From: Macrostomum lignano | Lineage: Eukaryota | NCBI GenBank assembly: GCA_002269645.1 | Contig: NIVC01000945.1 | Coordinates: 248,001 to 312,000 of the forward strand | Reading direction: 5' to 3' | Length of the DNA: 64,000 bases | Part shown: in pieces, positions 43,411-64,000 of the stretch | Position numbering within the stretch: the stretch's first letter is position 1 | Layout: each line of letters begins with the position of its first letter | Translations under genes and position numbers: made by a program | The notes under the pieces: model-generated | The model's input: only the letters and a program-made list of their open reading frames with translations | The model's database searches: none | Told to the model about the DNA's origin: nothing

Positions 43411-45264
43411 TGTTTTCATGAGCTCAGACAACAGCAGTAGCAAATTTAATTGACGCCAAAATTTTGGCGCTCCTGTGAATGAAAACACAGAAATAAGGTT
43501 GTTCATTGCTGTCATTTTTAACGTCATTTTTAACGGCATTAAAGCAATATTTATTTGGACAAAATTTATCTGTCCAGACCAGAACAGAAGAGGACTCTCT
43601 TCCTGCCAGTCCTATTTAAAAAGCCGCATACGCCAAGACCATTAACACACGAGAAGACCACAAATGGATCGTTTTATTTTTAGACCTAGCTAATAAGAGT
43701 AAGTCAATGCATATGTACGAGAATGCTTTGCGAGTCGGTAAACGGCTGTTAGCTTTCCTATGTGCAGTTCATTTGGCTTGAAATACAATTTGGCTTGACA
43801 GCTGGGGGACACGTTCCAGAGGGAAGAGGTTAGGGAAGGGGTTTAGGAGCGGCAGTGCATAATATGCACTGAGCTGGGAACACGGAGATGAGGACAAGTC
43901 AAATGTGACTGAAAATCCACCCACCCCCATTTCTCCCTGCTCGCTCTTCTGCCTGGGGTCTCTCTCTTACCCTCTCGGGGTTGGCTATACACTGTTATGC
44001 TAAGCTAGTTAGAGGCAAAACAGCTTGCCTGCCCTGCAAGCCTGCCCGCGCTGCCTGAAGTTAACTAAAGCTGGTTTTTCGAATACTTAATCAATATACG
44101 AGTTGAAAAGGGCACGAGTATCAGTATAGAGGTGACTAGGGTTAGGAGTGCCAGTTTAAATTGGAGTGCTAGAAGAGAGAGTGAGGGGGAGAGTAGAGAG
44201 TGAGGGTAAGAGCAGAGAGTGAGGGAGAGAGAGTAGAGAGTGAGGGAGAGAGTAGAGAGTGAGGGAGAGAGTAGGTAGTGAGGGTAAGAGTAGAGAGTAA
44301 GGGAGAGAGAGTAGAGAGTGAGGGAGAGAGTAGAGAGTGAAGGAGAGAGTAGAGAGTGAGGGAGAGAGAGTAGAGAGTGAGGGAGAGAGAGTAGAGGATC
44401 AGGAAGAGAGAGAAGAGAGTGAGGGAGAGAGTAGAGAGTGAGGGAGAGAGAGTAGAGAGTGAAGGAGAGAGAGTAGAGGGTCAGGAAGAGAGAGAAGAGA
44501 GTAGAGGGAGAGAGTAGAGAGTGAGGGAGAAAGCAGGAGAGAACAGAAACCAATCGACACTAGGCAGCAGTTTTTTGTGTTTCTTTCGCCTTGTCGACAG
44601 CAACGACCTCAGCCTCCGCCATCTCCATCTTCGATTGGCTAACCCGCCAGCGATTTCCTCTTTTCTTCCTGTATCCACAAAAAGCCAGGCCTGCCCGACC
44701 CATGGACCAGACCCCCCCCCCAGTCCCAGGGACGAAGAGAACGCACTGCACCCTATTTTTCTTCAAGGTTCGCTTCCTCCCCTCCCTTTGCATTTTAACC
44801 TCTCTCTCTTCCTGCCCTCATTTCCAAAGCGATTTAGCCGGTGTGGGGGAGGGCAAGGGGTGGGGGACAGAGAGGAGAGGAGGGAGGGCGGGAGAGAGGA
44901 GGGGGTGGAGGAGGTGAACGAACTGCAGTGGGGATAAAATAAGCCAGAAAAGTCCCACTACACTCTACAGTCTTAGTTGACCTGCGCCCTGCTCCTCAAG
45001 CTCCAATAATAATAACAATAATAATAATATCAATTTTTCTCACCTCTGCGCTTATTCTTTTAAGCCGCCAATTCCCCTGTCCGCTAAGCCAGTTCTGGGT
45101 TTGCCATTGGCGCTTGTCACGCTTCCAGTTCTCTGCATATCTATATATTTACTTATTACTAATTAATTCCGCAATGAATTAAATTCTGATTCCGGTAAGT
45201 TACTATTTTATTGCTAATGCTATATTTTGCTATTTAAATTAATTCATTATTTCGTATAACTGGT

Positions 45265-46200
45265 GGCACTCCTCACCCAGTCCATCTGGTCATTGGGGTC
45301 ACTCCTCACCCCAGTCCATCTGGTAATTGGGGTCACTCCTCACCCAAGTCCATCTGGTAATTGGGGTCACTCCTCACCCCAGTCCATCTGGTCATTGGGG
45401 TCACTCCTCACCCCAGTCCATCTGGTCATTGGGGTCACTCCTCACCCCAGTCCATCTGGTCATTGGGGTCACTCCTCACCCCAGTCCATCTGGTCATTGG
45501 GGTCACTCCTCACCCCAGTCCATCTGGTCATTGGGGTCACTCCTCACCCCCAATCCATCTGGTCATTGGGACCACTCCTCACCCCAATCCATCTGGTAAT
45601 TGGGGTCACTCCTCACCCCAGTCCATCTGGTCATTGGGGTCACTCCTCACCCCAGTCCATCTGGTAATTGGGGTCACTCCTCACCCCAGTCCATCTGGTC
45701 ATTGGGGTCACTCCTCACCCCAGTCAATCTGGTCATTGGGGTCACTCCTCACCCCAGTCAATCTGGTCATTGGGGTCACTCCTCACCCCAGTCCATCTGG
45801 TCATTGGGGTCACTCCTCACCCCAGTCCATCTGGTCATTGGGATCACTCCTCACCCCAGTCAATCTGGTCATTGGGGTCACTCCTCACCCCAGTCCATCT
45901 GGTCATTGGGGTCACTCCTCACCCCAGTCAATCTGGTCATTGGGGTCACTCCTCACCCCAGTCCATCTGGTCATTGGGATCACTCCTCACCCCAATCCAT
46001 CTGGTAATTGGGGTCACTCCTCACCCCAGTCCATCTGGTCATTGGGATCACTCCTCACCCCAGTCAATCTGGTCATTGGGATCACTCCTCACCCCAGTCA
46101 ATCTGGTCATTGGGATCACTCCTCACCCCAGTCAATCTGGTCATTGGGATCACTCCTCACCCCAGTCAATCTGGTCATTAGGGTCACTCTTCACCTCAGT
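45265..46200. repeat. 34-bp minisatellite (ggggtcactcctcaccccagtccatctggtcatt)
   Basis: About 27 units. Confidence 0.95.
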
Positions 46201-46622
46201 CTATGTAGTTTTTTGCGCTCGTATTAGAGACAGGGGCTGTGTACACCTGGTGCACTTCAAGCGAAATTGTCACACAACCGGCGAGAGGCATTGCTGCCCA
46301 TTCCGCCGACTCCCCTGAGCAGGCACACAAGCGCGCGGATACGTACGCAGTCATACGCACAGGCACACACTCACACAGGAGTGCACAGCGGCCCTAACTT
46401 TATTTATCGTTAGGCATGTACACTTCACTGTACCTTAGGGGTTGTTGGCTCTCAAATGGCGCTGATTGCACGAGCAGAGCCAAGCCGAGATTCCAATTTA
46501 GCCGCAAATTGACTGCACTTGGAATCGAGCCTGGGCCGCACATCAGAGAGTCAATGACTACTCAAGTAACATATGTATATATAGGGCGCTACACTCGTAA
46601 TGTTGCGAGATTTCGAGTGTTG

Positions 46623-46647
46623 CGTCCTTCTACTTAAGTTGTCCTTG
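46623..46647. mobile_element. Orphan right terminus of the CAAGGAC MITE family
   Basis: cgtccttctacttaagttgtccttg matches the 29091-29115 end at 24/25; no partner left end found. Confidence 0.6.
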
Positions 46648-47125
46648 CAGTTCATACCTCAACTCATTCTCAGACCAAAGATTAACTCAGGTCAACTGAG
46701 GTCACTCCTTACTATACTCCAGTAACAGTTATGATTCGCTAATGGTCTGTTAATAGTTTTCACCCTATTAGTTGTTGCATGCTTGATGGCCTCCGAGGGG
46801 GGGGGGTCAGAGTCTCCGCCATAAATAATCGATACTGATGAGGCGGAAAAGATTCGAGGGAGCTGGGAGAGGGGAGCAAACGGATAAAGGATATTCATTC
46901 GGCTACGGAGGGTGGGTAGGGAGAGGATCTGGCCGGGGCCCAGCTGCGGCGTGGGCGCTTGGCCGGGGGATCTGCGGATCACGGGATCGGGATGGGAGAA
47001 TGCAGAGATGGGGAAGCCTGAAGGCATTGATTACAGAGACTCCTTTGCTGTGCTCAACATCTGGTCTGGATTTTTTCTGAGTGTTGGTTGCAAATAAATT
47101 TTCCTCTGCCCCAGAGCTTAGGCTG

Positions 47126-47155
47126 TATAAAAGGCTGTGGAGAGAAGTCTTCAGT
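47126..47155 (+). promoter_or_regulatory. Possible TATA box plus Inr-like TCAGT upstream of the PDE gene
   Basis: TATAAAAG at 47126 and TCAGT with its A 27 nt downstream; motif evidence only. Confidence 0.25.
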
Positions 47156-47231
47156 GGGATTCAGTGGTATTTTAAAGTTGATTGCAACTTTCTTTGAGAT
47201 TCAATGTTCAACGAAAAATTGAGATGAGGGG

Positions 47232-47263
<32 letters not shown>

Positions 47264-47651
47264 GGGGAGAAAGACAGAATTAGGGGGATCCAATTTGAGA
47301 CAGTCAGTGACATGGTGTAGAAACGAACTAAGAAAGATGGGGCTGAGAGACCGTGGTGATCGCTGCTAAAGTTCTTCAATCCGAATTGCCCAACAAGATC
47401 GATAATATTTTTAGAGCAGCCAGTGCAAGCACTGCTAGATAGCGGATCGATGCATTCTGCACTTGTTTAATTAAGTTTAATTAGCAGTCCATTTATACGC
47501 TCGTGTATAAATTCACTGGGATCACAGGTTTATGAGTGAGAGCCTTATTAGGAAATAAAAATATTGTTTTTTTGTTGCCCATCGCGAATCCATTGCTTTT
47601 TATAGAAATTTGATACACCGCAGTGATCTGCATTTTTAGGCCTGATAGTGT

Positions 47652-48770
<1,119 letters not shown>

Positions 48771-49039
48771 GAATTTTCAAAATATATTGCATCCCACACT
48801 TTGCTATAAAAGCGAGAAGCAAGTCAGTTCTATTTTACGAGGTAATCCCAGATTTTTCTTTACTGCGTTGGCCATAAATCAGTGGAGATCGCCGAGAATA
48901 TCTCAGGATTTCGTAGAGCTACTTGTCATACATTATTCTCTCGTATTGATAAATTATGCTACAAGCAAATTAACAGTGATCAGTTTCTGTCACGGGCCGT
49001 TCAGCGAAAATCAATATTGTCGATGCCAAATAATTTTGT

Positions 49040-49680
49040 GTAGCCACTACTCTCATCTAGAGACATCTGGTGTGTAGCCACTACTCTCATCTAGAGACAT
49101 CTGGTGTGTAGCCACTACTCTCATCTAGAGACATCTGGTGTGTAGCCACTACTCTCATCTAGAGACATCTGGTGTGTAGCCACTACTCTCATCTAGAGAC
49201 ATCTGGTGTGTAGCCACTACTCTCATCTAGAGACATCTGGTGTGTAGCCACTACTCTCATCTAGAGACATCTGGTGTGTAGCCACTACTCTCATCTAGAG
49301 ACATCTGGTGTGTAGCCACTACTCTCATCTAGAGACATCTGGTGTGTAGCCACTACTCTCATCTAGAGACATCTGGTGTGTAGCCACTACTCTCATCTAG
49401 AGATATCTGGTGTGTTGCCACTACTCTCATCTAGAGACATCTGGTGTGTAGCCACTACTCTCATCTAGAGACATCTGGTGTGTAGCCACTACTCTCATCT
49501 AGAGACATCTGGTGTGTAGCCACTACTCTCATCTAGAGACATCTGGTGTGCAGCCACTACTCTCATCTAGAGACATCTGGTGTGCAGCCACTACTCTCAT
49601 CTAGAGATATCTGGTGTGTTGCCACTACTCTCATCTAGAGACATCTGGCGTGTAGCCACCAATCTCATCTAGAGACATCC
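49040..49680. repeat. 34-bp minisatellite (gtgtagccactactctcatctagagacatctggt)
   Basis: About 18 near-identical contiguous units with no spacers. Confidence 0.95.
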
Positions 49681-49849
49681 GTGATTAAAATCCCAGTCAC
49701 AAATAGGCATCAAGAGTTCATGCAACACTCCATTTTCTAAATCCCCAACAACATTCCAGATCAAGCACAAGGCCGCAAATGTGACGTCGATTCCTAGTAG
49801 ACAGAAAACTCAAAGCTTCTCTGCTCTGCTCAAAAATTTCTCCCCAATC

Positions 49850-64000
<14,151 letters not shown>

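Noticed and set aside
49040-49680. CRISPR-like 34-bp repeats (also the 28-34-bp arrays at 13590, 23425, 45265 and 58490)
   Set aside because: The units are contiguous with no unique spacers, there are no cas genes, and the context is eukaryotic.

Overview
This is eukaryotic, intron-rich animal DNA, densely packed with intronic mini- and microsatellites. The overall look resembles a free-living flatworm such as Macrostomum, but that is inference only. Two large multi-exon genes point away from each other. On the minus strand (<1-21.7 kb) lies the 5' part of a PDZ-RGS-like-C1 Rho guanine-nucleotide exchange factor (ARHGEF11/12, RhoGEF2, RHGF-1 type). On the plus strand (49.85 kb to >64 kb) lies a GAF-GAF-catalytic PDE5/PDE11-family phosphodiesterase. 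Between them is a tandem pair of insulin-like peptide genes. Copy 1 has an unusual A-chain cysteine spacing. Copy 2 has lost its C-peptide and exactly the two cysteines of the intra-A disulfide. The copies are separated by a minisatellite that holds a young, 4.47-kb full-length Mag-type Ty3/Gypsy element with a single internal stop codon. Also present are a 5'-truncated RNase-H LINE inserted into a predicted splice donor, a CORE-type SINE, a hAT-like MITE, and a CAAGGAC...GTCCTTG family of 8-bp-TSD elements that includes a 38-bp perfect hairpin. All exon calls were made by eye from GT/AG sites and reading-frame phase and are not verified by transcript data.
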